Position numbers and translations under genes: made by a program. A model generated the notes under the pieces. That model saw only the letters and a program-made list of their open reading frames with translations. It was not told the DNA's origin and made no database searches. A DNA stretch of 64,000 nt. Origin: Eledone cirrhosa (lineage: Eukaryota). Positions 60,651 to 64,000 of this stretch are shown here, piece after piece; within the stretch, counting starts at the first letter, position 1; every line of letters begins with the position of its first letter. The stretch lies in NCBI GenBank assembly GCA_964016885.1, contig OZ024742.1, positions 333,436,001-333,500,000 on the forward strand. Reading direction: 5' to 3'.

Positions 60651-62470
60651 GCATCACCGAGCGCAGATGTGCCTTGGATATGTGCAGCGTTGTTTTTGGC
60701 AATGCTTCTATTGTATTGAGAGTGAACTTCGTAATATGTGTATTGTGCCTAATAGTGCTATTTTCTGTAGGCTGTATATATTTTAAGCCCAAGGATTTAT
60801 GATATGTATTTCTCAATGTATGCTTTTTTTTATCATTCTAAAAACATCATTATCGTGATTATTTTTCTTCATCATCAATATTCAGTTTATTTCTATCTCC
60901 AATTTCATCTTTTTATTTGGATAATTTCTCCATCTCCTTGGCGGATATATTGACTCCTGAGGGGATAGATGTATCAATTAGAAGACATTTTCTTGTTGCC
61001 TTTGTATATAGTACCCGGTTGGTGGGCTTTGGTATCTGTATATTGGTATATCTAAGAGTATGGTTCTTTTGTCATACTTTGTTATCTATTCTCTTGTTCG
61101 TTTGTAGCACCTCGTTTCTGTTGGTGTTTCGAAGTGTTCGAATTATTTCCAGTGTATGTAAATCATAACTCTATCATGTCTGTGGGTATATTCCTCTTTG
61201 GCTAACACTGGGCAGCCGGAGATAATGGTCTTAATTGTTTATTCTCAATCACGAGATTCTGCAGTTAATTACTGCATTCTGCTTCATTATGTATTTTTCA
61301 TGTTTCCTGGTAGGGTGGCTTTGAACATGTGCTGCAATTAGAAGGCTGTCTGTTTGGGGTTTTAGTGAAGTGCTTCTTAACGAGGGTTGTTTAATAATGC
61401 CACTCCACCCCATTCAATTCTTTCCGATATTGGCCATGTAGGGTTTTTCTTGCCATCGATTTTCCATAGCATTCTGGAGATATGTTTTCAATTTGGATTT
61501 TATCTTTTCGGCCAGCAGCTTCTGTCTCTGTTTCTTCTGTGTTTCCATGTTCCTCGTAATTATCTGTTAATGCATCTTCTGTTTTGAAATAGTTGACTTG
61601 CAGAAAACAGCATTTTGTTTTGTTTATTCCATGGCTATTTATATTAATTTTCAATTATCTTCATTAGACATTTTTTATAGTCCTACAGTAATTTTATAAT
61701 CGGTTTCTTGTTACATAAGGCTTCTTACTCCGTGTGTTTTTCTTGGGTTTAATCTTTCTACATCTAATTCTGGGTACTGTATTTTAAATGAAATCATTAT
61801 TTTTCCTTGTGTTTCAGTCTAATCTTGCTATTTCTTTTAGTGTTCAGTTCAGAAGGTTAAAACTAACTTATTACTTGGATCTCTATAGTATCGTAGTTAT
61901 CTCATCCTCATTTATCTTTTTATTAATCTATGTATTTTGAAACCCGTCTAGTTCCTCAATATTCCTCAATATTTGTATGTTTTAGTTTGATCTAATTGTC
62001 TTTCTCATTTTCGTTACTCTTATGATATTAGAAATGTTCACTACCTTTTTTGTCTTCAGAGTCGTGAATCCATTTATTATCTGCGGCTCTGTTTCAGGTT
62101 GTCTGTTATTTACTGTGCACATAGTTAATTCTCCATATACAGGAGATGGTTCATTTTCTTGACATAGAAGTTACGACCAAGTCGAGGCATGTTAAATAAT
62201 TCATTTAGTGTTGTCAATGCCAGCCTGAATGAGTATGATGAAAGGGATCTTCCATGAAATACTGTGTTAATTGGGATGGACTCAGCATTTTTACATCCAT
62301 GTTTCGCTTTTATCTGCGGAACTGCTGCCATGTACTCGTCACATGTGTGATGAATGTTTTTGTTGCTGGTTCTAATTTATTAATGGCTATTTTCCTAGCA
62401 TATATCATGCTGAGGCTATGTTACTTTTTCTGAAGTTTTCTGTCATTGCGTTATTGATTAATAATTCATC
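60650..62470 (-). mobile_element. Degenerate non-LTR element with restriction-like endonuclease (R4/Dong-like)
   Basis: Minus strand: KTLHGQYRKEL, and KCLLIDTSIPSGVNISAKEMEKLSK (PD-(D/E)xK-type region). Most of the RT appears deleted. Confidence 0.7.
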
Positions 62471-63005
62471 CTTATAGTCATATGAACATTGCAGAATCAT
62501 TCCTGCCAGGGATTCTTAGGAATCCCTGGCCCGGAAGGACACGCAACGTTTACCTCCCTGGAGGCCATGATGAAAGAGGTCGTGTGGTGCGCACATTTGA
62601 AAGGATTGAAGACAAGAACTTTCCCTTTCAGCGACGATTAACTTTTACAGGTGAAGATAAAAATCAGTATAGAGAGCGAAGTGCTTCTGTCCAAACAAAT
62701 TATTGAAAGGTGCATGAGGCAATGGGCTTGATCTGATTATGTATCACTAAACTCAGCAGTGCCATATTTCTACGGTCACAAGCACTGCCAGAGACCCAGG
62801 ACATATATTGAATCTCTGAGATTAACACCATTGCTAGAGAATCTTTACAAAAGTGAACAAATTATTATTATTATTATTATTGCTGTTGTTGTTCTTCTCA
62901 CTATTATTATTATTATTATTTCGCTTTTGCATTATCGTTTCCACTTCAGACATATAAACAAACTGACCAATATGTCTGGTGACCCCAGATATCCAGTACC
63001 TGTCA

Positions 63006-63045
<40 letters not shown>

Positions 63046-63345
63046 GAATGCTATGGTTGACGGAGGCTCGGCTCTGTAAGGTATTGTAAATTTTGACCAC
63101 TATAACAATTGTAAATTGTTTAAAACTTTAACCAAATTGTAGACAAAAACACCCTCTTCCTCGTGAGAGGGGTCTTTCTACCCGTTATTTGGCCCTTCAG
63201 GGTTAAATAACCGCTTATTGGGGTTTTGTGCCCAATATTTATTTTAAACAAAAAAATACATGGCTACGAAAAAGAATTTCCATAGGTCACTCCCATTCAT
63301 TCCGTCTTTTTCTTCCTCAATCGTCACTACAGGAGAGAGAGGATT

Positions 63346-63420
63346 GTCTCTCTCCCTCCCTTCTCTAAATGTGTCTCTCTCCCTCCCTTCTCTAAATGTG
63401 TCTCTCTCGCTCCCTTCTCT
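63346..63420. repeat. 27-bp tandem repeat, about 2.7 copies
   Basis: Unit tgtctctctccctcccttctctaaatg. Confidence 0.85.
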
Positions 63421-63543
63421 TTCGCGAAGCCAGAAAAGAAAAATCACGTGCAAAGCGTGCAAGATTTCTCCACGACGACGACGACGACAACGACGAAAAA
63501 TGTGTGCGGGAAATACGAAAACCCATTTCATTCGTCTGACGTC

Positions 63544-64000
63544 ATGCATAATAGCAGTAGCAGCCGTAATAACAGCAGCAGCAGCAACAGTGACAAGGAA
63601 AACAACAGTAGCAGCCGCAAAAGCATCAGCATCAGCATAAACAACAACAGCATTAGCAGCAACGGCAACAACAGCAGCAGCAGCAGCAGCAACAACAACC
63701 ACAGCAACAGCGGCAGTAGTCGTAGTACCTGCAGCAACAACAAAAGTAACAGCAGTTCTGACGACAACAATAACAACAACAACAGCAGCAAAGAAAAACC
63801 AATCTCATTTGCAGGTATCGCAAAGAACCTGGAAACCATCCTCATAACAAATGAGGAATTACAGGAAGCGAAGAAGATGGTGACGAAAACCGGACACCGA
63901 GCAATCTGCAAGGCAGCCGAAAAGTGTTTCGAAACCCAACAGCACTGTACGGTCACGTACCGTACAGTAAGCACAAAATCCCGTAGAGTTGAAAGAGCCA
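63544..64000 (+). CDS. Open frame running off the window; probable ORF1 N-terminus of another Tx1-like LINE
   Basis: Ser/Asn-rich tract, then KEKPISFAGIAK..LQEAKKMVT..TVTYRTV, resembling KENIYFAQTVQK..LSDAKQYVT..TVIFRTV of ORF1 at 33709-34719. Confidence 0.6.
   Translation, partial: MHNSSSSRNNSSSSNSDKENNSSSRKSISISINNNSISSNGNNSSSSSSNNNHSNSGSSRSTCSNNKSNSSSDDNNNNNNSSKEKPISFAGIAKNLETILITNEELQEAKKMVTKTGHRAICKAAEKCFETQQHCTVTYRTVSTKSRRVERA

Noticed and set aside
63244-63974. Minus-strand poly-Ala and poly-Leu ORFs resembling signal or membrane peptides
   Set aside because: Antisense of the (AGC/AAC)n tract; the plus frame has the homology support.

Overview
AT-rich, microsatellite-dense eukaryotic DNA with no host exon that I can support. 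The SINE families and (TA)n load suggest a mollusc, probably an octopus-like cephalopod (inference). Most supplied ORFs are translated (TA)n/(CA)n/(TC)n repeats. The real content is transposon-derived: a near full-length frameshifted L1/Tx1-type LINE (about 29.3-35.3 kb, minus), a 5'-truncated relative (46.7-47.8 kb), a probable third ORF1 start at the window end, a degenerate Ty3/Gypsy-like LTR element with both LTRs, PBS, PPT and TSD (40.8-43.2 kb), CR1-, RTE- and R4/Dong-like fragments, Meta-domain-type SINEs, and three Penelope-like GIY-YIG remnants. The main unexplained signal is a swarm of short non-coding elements lying in or beside (TA)n tracts. Most are fold-back palindromes of 0.2-1.2 kb, and most carry a minimal type I hammerhead ribozyme motif with a palindromic stem III. 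I count about a dozen sequence-distinct families. They include recurrent non-canonical cores (U3-A8 compensatory, A4), a giant stem II variant, and palindromes whose axis falls on the ribozyme's own stem II. All folds were assigned by eye; none has been tested for activity.
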